A stretch of DNA of 64,000 bases from Candidatus Peribacteria bacterium (GCA_041691135.1 JBEPVF010000002.1:64001-128000); one strand, 5' to 3'. Counted from the first letter of the stretch, positions 50,509 through 60,110 are shown. Made by a program: numbers and translations. Notes: generated by a model not told the origin, from the letters alone.

Positions 50509-50780
50509 TTCTAGGCGGCCCTAAGCCGCCTAACTTCTTCGCCTGCTCACAATTCCAGACAATGACCCCTCCGCCTATGTGGTGGGGATGAGTGGGTACG
50601 AACTTCCTTGTCGCCGGCCCATAGGCGCGACAAGGAAGTGAGGTGGGTCATAGGCGGTGCGTTTTTCTTTGGTCCTTTCTTTTGTCGCGGGGAGACAAAA
50701 GAAAGGACACCACTGGTGACTGGAGAAGTTTGTGCTGGGGAATACCTCAGACACCGCAGCCGGGGACGGCTGCTACTGCT
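50509..50780 (+). repeat. Structured non-coding repeat, copy 3
   Basis: Homologous core; carries only the GCAGCCG-GGGA-CGGCTGC module. Confidence 0.85.
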
Positions 50781-50870
50781 GTGTTGAATGTTCGATTTCT
50801 GATTGTTACCTTCTGTCCGCTTGTTCGTAGTAGTGTATGTAGGATTCCTATCCCCTGATCTCTTTCTTTC

Positions 50871-51440
50871 ATGGCTTCATCCGAACACTCGCTCATTGCC
50901 TCGTGTCAGGCAGGGCATCTGGAGGACTTCGATCCGCTGTACACCACGCACGTTGAGGCGATCTACAAGTACTTGTCACGCCGCACGTTGTCGCGGGAGC
51001 TGAGCGAAGACCTGACCAGCATTACGTTTATCAAGGCACTCGAATCGATCCGGTCGTTCGATCCGGCACGCGGAGAATTTCGCGCCTGGCTGTACCGCAT
51101 CGCCCGTAACGCGCTCATCGATCACTACCGGAGCCCGGCGGCCCACACGACGGATATCGAAACGGTGTGGGACCTGGCCAGCGACGATGTGACGAGTTTG
51201 GCCGCCGAACGATCGATGGATGCGAGCAAGCTGCATGCCGCGTTGAAGACGCTCAAACCGCAACAGCGCGAAGTGGTGATGCTGCGCATCTGGGAAGGAC
51301 TGTCGTACCGCGAGATCGCGGCCATCACCGGCAAAACCGAGAACAATTGCAAAGTTCTCTTCTCACGCGCGGTGGCGCAGCTCCGTTCGGACATGCCTTC
51401 CACGCTCCTGCTTCTGCTTCTCTTCTCCATTGCATTATGA
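50871..51440 (+). CDS. ECF sigma factor
   Basis: EDLTSITF, FRAWLYRIARNALIDHYR, EGLSYREIA. Confidence 0.93.
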   Translation: MASSEHSLIASCQAGHLEDFDPLYTTHVEAIYKYLSRRTLSRELSEDLTSITFIKALESIRSFDPARGEFRAWLYRIARNALIDHYRSPAAHTTDIETVWDLASDDVTSLAAERSMDASKLHAALKTLKPQQREVVMLRIWEGLSYREIAAITGKTENNCKVLFSRAVAQLRSDMPSTLLLLLLFSIAL

Positions 51441-52942
51441 CCTCTTCACTCCAGACACTTCTGAGCGAACTCTACGAGATTGATCCAAGCCTCAAGGATC
51501 ACGAGAGCGAACTCATTCCCCTGCTCGAACAACTGCTGAAACATGATCCGGCACAGACGCCGGATGCGACGTTCGTCGCCACGTTGCGCCGACAGCTGCG
51601 GGAACGCGCAGCCGTGCTTTCATCTTCAACCGGAAAATCAACATGGCAGAAATGGGTGTACGCATTCGGCGGTGCCGTCACCGCTGCCGTCATCCTGCCG
51701 ATCGTCTATATTGCATGGCATCAGCCCAGTAATCCTGCAATGCAAATTCAATCGAACAGCAGTGCATCCGGGCTGTTCGCCTACCGCATTCAGCAGACCA
51801 ATGATCATGCGTTTGGATCGCTGAGCGACGTGGCAGGCGGCGGTGGCATAGTGAACGGTAGCCGGACCGGCGGAGGTGGAGGCGGACCGGAAACGACGGC
51901 GCCCATGGCAGCCAATCAGGCGCAGAGCGATGCCAAATTAATGGCACCCGTGCCGCCGTACGAGATGACTCAGTATGATTATATATTCGACGGAACGTTG
52001 CCTGAACTGTCTGGTGCAAAAGTACCGGTGTACAAGCATGACCCCTCAACGACGCGTCTGCCGCTGTCATCCATCGCCGATTCACTCAACCTCGGCACGC
52101 TCAACCTTGGATCGTTCCAAGGAATGAATGTCGACTCGATGACCTTCTCGCAGAACACACCACTGGGTTACCAGATGACAGTGAGTCTGCGTGACGCGTC
52201 GGTCAACATCAACGCACAGTGGGAAACCTGGCGGCAGTCATCCTGCACGACTGACGAATGCTTCCAGCGCGAGCGCACCAAGATCAGCGATATTCCGCCG
52301 GATGATGCACTCATCGGCATCGCCAAAACGTTCGCCGAAGAACATGGCATCGATCTGGCGCACTACGGCACGCCCGAAGTCGACACGCCCTGGAAGGCCG
52401 ACTACCAACGCACGTCTGACCAGGGCCAGGCCTACATTCCGGATTCGCTGCGCGTGATTTTCCCGCTACTGATAGATAATAAACCGGTGTACGACCAATC
52501 GGGCCTCAAGACCGGCATCAGCATGGGTGTGAATGTGAAAGAGAAAAAAGTAATGGATGTGTGGGGCATCGCCGATCGCACCTACGAAAAATCCGACTAC
52601 GACGGCGTGACGGATGCCGCGACGATCAAAGAATACCTATCGAAGATCGACCACTTCGATCCGGCGGCAACAATGCCGGAAGGTACAAAGGTGCACAAAG
52701 TACAAGTGACGCTGGGTACACCTGTCGTCTCGTACGCATTGTACTACCGCAACGACAAAGCACTGACGACTGAACTGCTCGTCCCCTCTCTCATCTTCCC
52801 GGTCCAACAGACACCGGGATCCACCGAACTGTTCTACCGAACGAGTATCGTGGTACCGCTGGCAACCGATATGCTGGAACAACAACAGCCGAGCGGCGTA
52901 ATGCCGTTGGAAAAGCCGGTGATGGAAGTGGCACCGCGATAA
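51437..52942 (+). CDS. Putative anti-sigma / membrane-anchored extracytoplasmic protein
   Basis: ATGA overlap with the ECF gene; short cytoplasmic N-domain (PDATFVATLRRQL), one TM, large outer domain. Confidence 0.7.
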   Translation: MTSSLQTLLSELYEIDPSLKDHESELIPLLEQLLKHDPAQTPDATFVATLRRQLRERAAVLSSSTGKSTWQKWVYAFGGAVTAAVILPIVYIAWHQPSNPAMQIQSNSSASGLFAYRIQQTNDHAFGSLSDVAGGGGIVNGSRTGGGGGGPETTAPMAANQAQSDAKLMAPVPPYEMTQYDYIFDGTLPELSGAKVPVYKHDPSTTRLPLSSIADSLNLGTLNLGSFQGMNVDSMTFSQNTPLGYQMTVSLRDASVNINAQWETWRQSSCTTDECFQRERTKISDIPPDDALIGIAKTFAEEHGIDLAHYGTPEVDTPWKADYQRTSDQGQAYIPDSLRVIFPLLIDNKPVYDQSGLKTGISMGVNVKEKKVMDVWGIADRTYEKSDYDGVTDAATIKEYLSKIDHFDPAATMPEGTKVHKVQVTLGTPVVSYALYYRNDKALTTELLVPSLIFPVQQTPGSTELFYRTSIVVPLATDMLEQQQPSGVMPLEKPVMEVAPR

Positions 52943-52959
52943 TCCAGTACCTACTCTTT

Positions 52960-52992
52960 CACCGCTCTCAGGCACGAGGGCGGTGATTTTAT
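52960..52992. terminator. Hairpin between convergent genes
   Basis: CACCGC..GCGGTG followed by ATTTT. Confidence 0.6.
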
Positions 52993-52997
52993 AATCA

Positions 52998-53903
52998 TTA
53001 GCGTACCTCCGTCGCCTCCACATCCGATGGCTCTTCAATTATAAATCCAATCGTCTTCCGCCGGCTCGCACGCACATCGGCATGCAATTCCAACAATTTT
53101 GTCTGGCCGCTCTGGAGCAAAAAAGGATCGCCGAAGGTGACACGCACCGCGCTACCATCCATGTGTGCGATCGTGCTCGAGACTTTTTCTCCGGCCGATG
53201 TCGCCAGATACAAGTTCTGCACATCAGTGTCAGCCGCTGAGCCGCCGTTCTTGAACGTGATTGCGGTGATCGAATGATCCCGTCGACCATCAGCTGTAAG
53301 AGCGATGCGCGAGACGATGCGATCGGCACCGAAGACAATATCGGTATACAGCGGACGATATCCAATGCTGATTTGTGACGACGCCGAGGCCGATGGCACA
53401 ACCTGTACCGTCTTCTGCTTCGCTATCTGCTGTAGCTTCACCGTCGCTTTCCCCGCATCGAGGTTCACGAGGGTGAATGCATGTTCGCCGCTGGCATCAG
53501 CCGTGCTGGCAATGTCGGCATACAACGTCAGGTCGAGTGATTTGCATGAGGGGACTGAGACTTTTCGGAAGGTGATATCACGATCGTCTTTTGAAATACT
53601 GACGCTGCGCGATACACGTTGCTTCCCGGCCATCACGTAGACGCGGGCGATGTCATCCGTCGATCCCAATCCGCTATGCCGCACCGTGAGCGACGACACA
53701 GGGATATTCGCACCGCATGATGCCTGCAGATGTACATTCAACATCGGCACACGTTGCGCGCCTTGCGGGATGGAGGAGTCAGTGGCGGGAGAAGTGACTT
53801 GAACAGTGAGTGTGGGAGGAGCCGTCTTCGTCGTTGCGGCATAGGCGGTCGTCGAAAAAGCGAGCGACAGCGTGAGCGATAGGAATCCTGTGAGTCGTGG
53901 CAT
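52998..53903 (-). CDS. Secreted hypothetical protein with two beta-sandwich-like repeats
   Basis: Signal peptide; repeated LxLxAD(I/V) segments. Confidence 0.7.
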   Translation of the reverse strand: MPRLTGFLSLTLSLAFSTTAYAATTKTAPPTLTVQVTSPATDSSIPQGAQRVPMLNVHLQASCGANIPVSSLTVRHSGLGSTDDIARVYVMAGKQRVSRSVSISKDDRDITFRKVSVPSCKSLDLTLYADIASTADASGEHAFTLVNLDAGKATVKLQQIAKQKTVQVVPSASASSQISIGYRPLYTDIVFGADRIVSRIALTADGRRDHSITAITFKNGGSAADTDVQNLYLATSAGEKVSSTIAHMDGSAVRVTFGDPFLLQSGQTKLLELHADVRASRRKTIGFIIEEPSDVEATEVR

Positions 53904-54161
53904 GGCTGCATTCTAAAGAAATAGAACCTCCGCGTCTGGAAAATCTCAACCTTTCGCGTATTCCTTTGTTTCTCTTAATTATTTTTAAAACACATTTATT
54001 ATTAACACGCATTAAGAGTAGCGTTTTCATTGTTCTCTTTTTGTATTCATACTGTCAAATTCATCCTTATTTGTTTATGAGTATTGAAAATCCAATCTTT
54101 GTCTTTGGTCTTTTCACCTGCAATTTTTGTGAAATGATATTTATGCTCCACTTGATGGAAA

Positions 54162-54659
54162 TTACAGCAGTCCGAACAACTCCTTCCACAATTGATGATT
54201 CTTTTTCTCATCGGTGATTCTCACCATGTCATTCTCATACACGGTTATTTGTGCAATGGTCATCTTTTTCGTAATCCTCCCCGCCTCCAGCAGAAATGTG
54301 TCGACAGATTGTACAAGGGCAACGATCATCTCAAACAGTATCGGACGACGATCCTCCGGAGTTTTGGTATTCTCAAACATTTGATGGGTAATTTTCAAAA
54401 AATCCACCATCAATGCCTGTTCCGTCCGTGCCGGAAGACGATTCTCTGACTTGATTCTGGCAAATTTCAGGACGACTAATTTTCCTTCCCTGACCATGTC
54501 GACTTGAACTGGTTCATTAAAAATCTTCATGTATGTTCCTGAAAATTCGTCTCGCATCTTTACTATTTCAGCAGGAGTTTCGGTGGAAGAGTCGAGAGTG
54601 ATCGAAACTTCTTTGCCCGCATGCATGGCAAGATACAGAGCTTGTACTTCATCCATCAT
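54162..54659 (-). CDS. Hypothetical protein (orphan)
   Basis: 165-aa ORF with TTGACA-17-TTTAAT-6-ATG promoter. Confidence 0.7.
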   Translation of the reverse strand: MMDEVQALYLAMHAGKEVSITLDSSTETPAEIVKMRDEFSGTYMKIFNEPVQVDMVREGKLVVLKFARIKSENRLPARTEQALMVDFLKITHQMFENTKTPEDRRPILFEMIVALVQSVDTFLLEAGRITKKMTIAQITVYENDMVRITDEKKNHQLWKELFGLL

Positions 54660-54704
54660 ACATACATTAAATAACCAAAAATGTAATTTGTCAAAATATG
54701 CTCA

Positions 54705-55643
54705 TCAAACTTTCCGCGCCACCGTTACGACCGCGGAGGCCTGTTGAATTGGAGAGCGATCAGCGGGAAGCTCCAGATAAATTCCCATCGAATACTGTCG
54801 ATCGTTCTTACTCTCCTTATTTTTTCCCCCTGCCGTGACCCATTGATTCTCGAGCAGTTCCAGACCCGGCGTATTTTGAATGACAGCGCCAAGTCGCTGA
54901 CGAAATAATTCTACAACGTTAATTCTTTCACTCTGTCCTTTGTACGTCAGAACAGTATTAAGTCCGGCAGTCGGACCCTGCAGTTCCTGCGTCGCATACG
55001 GCTCTGGCGCGGCAAGTTCTTTCAATTGCCTGTGTACGACATCCAGACCTGGTCGCACATCCTGCACATGAAACAGGGATCCGCCGTCACGAAGTCCATC
55101 ACGAATTTGTTTAACTGCATGCGCAAGGTGCTGCGTCGCATCGAGCGACGATAAACCGGTGATCACCGGAAACATAGAACGCACGCCCTGCTTCTGAAGA
55201 CGATGATACGATCCTTGCATAACGGGAAGTGATGGATTTTTCTTCTTATTAATTTCCACTGCTTGTGGATTCAATTCCATCTGTAACCATTTCCCCTGCG
55301 CATCGAATGGAAACAATTTCGCAACCATGTACCCACTTGCTCCTGATCCGATATCCAAACCCGAATCCATCGGCAAAGAGTGACGTGCAAACGCATCACG
55401 CACAATGGCGCGCAGACAATCGACCACGCGCTCTCGCGGTCGTTCAAGCATCACCGAACCAATGAGAGGGTCAAGGGAACTGAGAATCGACTCCTCTTCT
55501 TCTATAGGCGCATCGCTGACATACGCCGGACGCGAGCCTGGGCGGAGATTGCCCGTTTTCGTTAAGATGTCCACAATCGACTGTGGATGGTCCTGACTGC
55601 CTTCATTCATCGTATAGTCGCCAAATTGATGCTCTTTGGACAT
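54705..55643 (-). CDS. Class I SAM-dependent methyltransferase-like protein with N-terminal extension
   Basis: GLDIGSGASG, acidic MELN, LRDGG. Confidence 0.75.
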   Translation of the reverse strand: MSKEHQFGDYTMNEGSQDHPQSIVDILTKTGNLRPGSRPAYVSDAPIEEEESILSSLDPLIGSVMLERPRERVVDCLRAIVRDAFARHSLPMDSGLDIGSGASGYMVAKLFPFDAQGKWLQMELNPQAVEINKKKNPSLPVMQGSYHRLQKQGVRSMFPVITGLSSLDATQHLAHAVKQIRDGLRDGGSLFHVQDVRPGLDVVHRQLKELAAPEPYATQELQGPTAGLNTVLTYKGQSERINVVELFRQRLGAVIQNTPGLELLENQWVTAGGKNKESKNDRQYSMGIYLELPADRSPIQQASAVVTVARKV

Positions 55644-55713
55644 ATTCACACTATAAAACTTTTATTTAACTTGTCAATATTTTGAGGTGTCGTTTTTCCG
55701 TGTCACTTTTTGC

Positions 55714-55744
55714 TTGCACCTCACGTTACGTAAGGGTTTACAGT
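55714..55744 (+). promoter_or_regulatory. MerR/TipA-type promoter with 19-bp spacer and dyad operator
   Basis: TTGCAC-ctcacgttacgtaagggtt-TACAGT; dyad CCTCACGT-T-ACGTAAGG. Confidence 0.85.
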
Positions 55745-55750
55745 GCCGGC

Positions 55751-56509
55751 ATGACTATCCCCTCCCCTCACAACAACGGCACTACCACACAGTGGAAAAT
55801 CGGTGAGCTTGCCGACAAGACCGGGCTCTCGGTGCGTACGCTCCATTATTACGAAGAGATCGGATTGCTGACTCCCAGCAGCCGCACCGATGCGGATCAT
55901 CGGCTCTACAACTCCGAAGACATCGCGCGCTTGCAGCAGATCGTGTCGCTGCGACAGATGGGATTCTCGCTCGACGAGATCAAGTCGTGTTTGAGTAAAC
56001 CGGACTTTTCACCAGAGCACGTGCTCGATATGCATCTGGATCGCATGGGCAAGGAATTGGAGAACTACCAGGACTTGCTCCAGAAGATGCGCGGCATGAA
56101 GCGCCTGATGGCCACCGCCAAGCCGGTGACGAGTGACGACTTCCTCCAGCTGATCGCGTTGATGAATAAGGTGGAAAGTTACTTCACACCCGAGCAGATG
56201 GCCGAGATCAAAAAACGCGGCGAGGAAATGGGTGAAGACAAAATCATCCAGGGCGAGAACGATTGGGCGACATTGATCGCGGCCGTGAAGGTCGAGATGG
56301 AAAAAGGAACTGATCCATCGGATCCCGCTGTCCAGAAGCTTGCCAAGAAATGGATGGATCTGGTGAATGCATTCACGGGTGGGAATCCAGAGATCGCCGC
56401 GAACCTGAAGAAGATGTACGAAGAGAATCCGAATGCATCCAAACAATTCGGCGGTCCGGACCCAGCGATGAGCGCGTACATTCAGAAAGCGATGAAGGAC
56501 AAGCATTGA
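55751..56509 (+). CDS. MerR family regulator with TipAS-like C-terminal domain
   Basis: IGELADKTGLSVRTLHYYEEIGLL; DPSDPAVQKLAKKW. Confidence 0.92.
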   Translation: MTIPSPHNNGTTTQWKIGELADKTGLSVRTLHYYEEIGLLTPSSRTDADHRLYNSEDIARLQQIVSLRQMGFSLDEIKSCLSKPDFSPEHVLDMHLDRMGKELENYQDLLQKMRGMKRLMATAKPVTSDDFLQLIALMNKVESYFTPEQMAEIKKRGEEMGEDKIIQGENDWATLIAAVKVEMEKGTDPSDPAVQKLAKKWMDLVNAFTGGNPEIAANLKKMYEENPNASKQFGGPDPAMSAYIQKAMKDKH

Positions 56510-56541
56510 ACTCGTAAATAATTATTTGTAGAATCGACAGC

Positions 56542-56955
56542 GTGAGATACCAAACTGCTCGTTATACTGCTGCCGTTCTTACCCTCATAGCAGGGATCAT
56601 TCACGGACTCTATATCCAAGAACATTTTGAAGAATGGTGGGGATATGGTTGGTTCTTCCTTATCTCCACTATTGCACAGCTAGTGTATGTTCCTTTGATC
56701 CTGATGCCACTCGGCAGATTCACTCGTACTGTGTATTGGATTGGCATCATCGGCAATGCAGCCATCGTTATCATGTATCTGGTCACGAGAACCTTGGGTA
56801 TTCCATTCTTTGGCCCCGGAGCCGGAGAAATCGAAGAAGCCAGTTTACTGGGTATTATTTCCGTCGTTGCGGAAATTCTTTTGATCATTGCCCTTGCGGT
56901 ACTAGATACAAAAAACCGCAAAAATCGCCTAAACCTTGCGGGGTTACATACCTAA
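56542..56955 (+). CDS. Hypothetical 4-TM membrane protein
   Basis: IH...EHFEEWWGYGWFF, TRTLGIPF. Confidence 0.75.
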   Translation: MRYQTARYTAAVLTLIAGIIHGLYIQEHFEEWWGYGWFFLISTIAQLVYVPLILMPLGRFTRTVYWIGIIGNAAIVIMYLVTRTLGIPFFGPGAGEIEEASLLGIISVVAEILLIIALAVLDTKNRKNRLNLAGLHT

Positions 56956-57022
56956 TACGAATCTTTTTGGCTTCACCAAGCGATGTTTTTGATTTATACT
57001 CTCTCTGCTCATTCAAAGCACT

Positions 57023-57434
57023 GGGGATGAAAGGCTTCGACAGCGTGACTCTAATTTGGTCCGCCTCGACTCGGGATGGCGACGGTTCCCGTTACCCACT
57101 TGTCGCAACCAATAGATGCCAAAACATCTGTTTCTGAGCGCCTGAAGACCGTTGGTCGTTTTGCACAATCTGTGCAGAATGCCTTCGCTGTCCCAGCGTT
57201 CGCTTAGTTTCCTCTTTTGGAAACACGTTTCGCCCTCGATTCTCGCTGAAGGGATGAAACGTCATCAGCGGGACGACGCGCTTGTCTGATGTCGCAAGCG
57301 TTCGTATTCCGACATCAACACTCACTCTCCCTCTTTGATTTTTTCTGAGGAGATGTGAGAATTGAAAAGATCATGGTCGTATGGGCAATCAGGTTACACG
57401 TTGGACCCGGGTTCAAGTCCCGGCATCTCCACCA
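57023..57434 (+). ncRNA. ssrA: tmRNA
   Basis: 5' GGGGATGAAAGGCTTCGAC; 3' GACCCGGGTTCAAGTCCCGGCATCTCCACCA; tag ORF 57118-57207 ending in PAFA*. Confidence 0.95.
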
Positions 57435-57508
57435 TGATAAATTATTAGATCAAAAATTATTTAACAGATATATATATTATTCAATTGGATATCTGATATA
57501 TTTTATCG

Positions 57509-57898
57509 ATGGATATCTCAGAAAAGACAATCATAAAGCTGCTCCCATTTGAAAGCGCTGTATTGGATATGATTGTAAAGGACGAGACACTTTCAGCTGA
57601 AGATGGTGTCATTTTAAAACAACAGATGAAAGAGGCGATAATCATAAGCCGCAAAATGACGGGTGTTGGCTTTTTTACTGATTTTCAGATTAATGAGGGA
57701 TCTCCGCATTTCAATAAACAAACATTTACTATCGGCAATAAGGTTAGGGCAACAATACCTGGAATTGAATATGGCGTCGGCTTTGTACTTTTTATTGAAA
57801 AGGGAGTCGTAAAGACCCTTGAAGGTTTTACCAACGCGGATACATGGCCAGATCCGTGGCCTAATAATGAAGAGTACAAAGTGTTTGATGAACAGTAA
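57509..57898 (+). CDS. Hypothetical protein (possibly immunity-protein-like) in tmRNA island
   Basis: AT-rich 129-aa ORF; TGVGFFTDF, GFVLFIEKG..LEGF..W; the family guess is weak. Confidence 0.65.
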   Translation: MDISEKTIIKLLPFESAVLDMIVKDETLSAEDGVILKQQMKEAIIISRKMTGVGFFTDFQINEGSPHFNKQTFTIGNKVRATIPGIEYGVGFVLFIEKGVVKTLEGFTNADTWPDPWPNNEEYKVFDEQ

Positions 57899-57979
57899 TC
57901 GGAAGTAGCAAAGTTTGACCCTCGAAACTTTAGCCATTTCTTCATTTGAAGAAAATATAATAATCTATAAAATACAATT

Positions 57980-58215
57980 ATGCTAACCATCAATACCTAC
58001 ATTAACTTCAACGGAAATGCCGAAGAAGCATTCACATTTTACAAATCAGTCTTTGGTGGAGAGTTCGGAAAGATTATTCGCTTTTAAAGACCTCCCAGGC
58101 CTTGGGTCTCACGTGTCAGAGAATGATGCGAATAAAATAATGCAGATTACGCTGCCTATTGGTCACAATGTTTTGATGGCCAATGACATTCCGGAAAGCA
58201 TGGGACGAGTAGCGG
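57980..58215 (+). pseudogene. Frameshifted, truncated PhnB/VOC gene
   Basis: MLTINTYINFNGNAEEAFTFYKSVFGGEF..RF, extra T at cgcttttaaag, continues KDLPG..KIMQITLPIG..LMAND, then breaks off. Confidence 0.85.
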
Positions 58216-58358
58216 AAGTGGATATATTTGTATCCATAAGAGAATTATAAAAGGCGAAGCAGTTTGTACGACTCGAAAATGAGCTGGGCATCTTGTCCAT
58301 CTTTTACGAACCAATTCCACCATATTGACATTGAAAAATAAGGTTTTAAAATACAATC

Positions 58359-60110
58359 ATGGTAAAGGAAAGAGAGGCAACTGATTGGGAGAAAGAATGG
58401 ATAAGACAAGAGATTGAAAGTGCTGTTGCAAGAGAAGCAACTGCAGAGGAAATTGATGGTGTAAGGAGAGCATTGGTAGAACTCCTAGGCCTGTCGTATC
58501 CTCAAGTGAAGGCGATAGCTGCTTGGAAGATTAGACCAGATCAAGACAAACTTGTTTTAGAGTCAACAAAAGTTGTTAACAAACTTGCCGATGTCAAACA
58601 GGGTCAGCCAACAGAAAAAGATAATGCTAATCCTTCGATTATAAATCAAATTGCGGAGCCATTACCCGTAAATACACCTAGTGAGGATAATGCAATAGTA
58701 AATGATAGCAGAATATCTTTTCACCCTAAAAGTGGAGCTTGGATGGACTTCGAAAATAGCCCAATAAAAGATATTTGGAGGAAAGCAGAAGCACAATTTA
58801 TTGATGAGAATTTACCAAGAGATCCTAAGAAAAGAGCAAAGATGAGGGTTTTATGTACTCCCGGAATTAAATGCTATAAAGAAGTTGATCATTTGATTGG
58901 AATCGGAATTCGACCCGAAAATATTGTGGCAGTAGAAAGAGAAAAGGGCGCATGGAATGAGTTCGTAGCAAATTGTAAAGACAAAGGGATAAAGCCTATT
59001 TATGGAGATCTCAGTGATGTTCTCGAAGAAACAAATGAGCCTTTTGATATTGTTACATTAGATTTTCTAGGACAGCTTTGTGCACCAAGCATTGGTATAA
59101 TTCATAAGTTACCTTTAGCAGATAAGGCAGTATTAGCTGTCAACTTCTTAGCAAAAAGAGAGAGCGCGAAAATCCAAGATGACCTTACAAAGCTAAAAAG
59201 GGCATATGGCCCATTGAGTCGTTTAGTAGCTGAAAAAGTAAATGCCCTTATACAATCTGTTTTAGGCAATAATCCTGATTTGGAAGGAATGGGTCCAAAT
59301 GAAGTGTTAAAGTTAGGAAGAAAAGAGGCAAAAGCCGAAATTAATGACACTGAATACGAAGTGGATGAACTGAGGGAGATTAGTCTTTGGTCATTGATGA
59401 GACATGCAGGAACATCGCGAAAAGAAAACTGGATGTTCCGCGAAATGATTCAAACTTGTAACTTTCCAGAGGAATGGTTAAGAAAAAATAAAGGTAAGGA
59501 TCGTGATCAAATCTTGCTACACTTAATTGCTAATTCATTGGGCAATACGTTCGCAGCGGACGATCAAGAACTTTTAGCACACCTAGTGGGACATGGCATT
59601 TATCGAATGGATGGACATAAATATGGATTAGATGCACTAGCCCTAACAACGAATGCTGGTATAAGGCAGATGAGAAAATTGCAAAAATTTAAGTACAAAA
59701 GTCGAATAGGCAAAACTTCAAGTCCTTTTTATGCAAATATGGCTGTCCTTGAAAAAGGAGATTATAAAGAATTTAAAAATACGGCGAAGTTTGTGATGAA
59801 GCCCGTAGTCAATTGCATAGACGAAGGATCTCGAGGTCTGAATACAGATTTTCAATTCTATTTCTCAAAAAAGAGGAGGGAATCTCATGTGATACGGAGA
59901 GCTGATGATATTATTTGGATAAGGAAAGATCTTAACAGAAAATATGGAATTTTTAATCCACTTAAGGGATATAATGGAGATGAAATAGCTCGAATAAATG
60001 TAGGACGATTAGCAGATGAAGTTACTCAATTTAATAAATATATGACGTCTAATAGATTTAATGATCCTCAGTTTGCTGAAAGTATTCCTAGAGAATTACT
60101 TGAACTTTAG
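58359..60110 (+). CDS. AT-rich hypothetical protein with central Rossmann/methyltransferase-like domain
   Basis: MRVLCTPG..IVAVERE..YGDLSDVL..FDIVTLDFLG. Confidence 0.65.
   Translation: MVKEREATDWEKEWIRQEIESAVAREATAEEIDGVRRALVELLGLSYPQVKAIAAWKIRPDQDKLVLESTKVVNKLADVKQGQPTEKDNANPSIINQIAEPLPVNTPSEDNAIVNDSRISFHPKSGAWMDFENSPIKDIWRKAEAQFIDENLPRDPKKRAKMRVLCTPGIKCYKEVDHLIGIGIRPENIVAVEREKGAWNEFVANCKDKGIKPIYGDLSDVLEETNEPFDIVTLDFLGQLCAPSIGIIHKLPLADKAVLAVNFLAKRESAKIQDDLTKLKRAYGPLSRLVAEKVNALIQSVLGNNPDLEGMGPNEVLKLGRKEAKAEINDTEYEVDELREISLWSLMRHAGTSRKENWMFREMIQTCNFPEEWLRKNKGKDRDQILLHLIANSLGNTFAADDQELLAHLVGHGIYRMDGHKYGLDALALTTNAGIRQMRKLQKFKYKSRIGKTSSPFYANMAVLEKGDYKEFKNTAKFVMKPVVNCIDEGSRGLNTDFQFYFSKKRRESHVIRRADDIIWIRKDLNRKYGIFNPLKGYNGDEIARINVGRLADEVTQFNKYMTSNRFNDPQFAESIPRELLEL

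Noticed and set aside
51167-51436. N-terminal extension of the 591-aa ORF
   Set aside because: Overlaps the ECF sigma gene; the ATGA-coupled start at 51437 is more plausible
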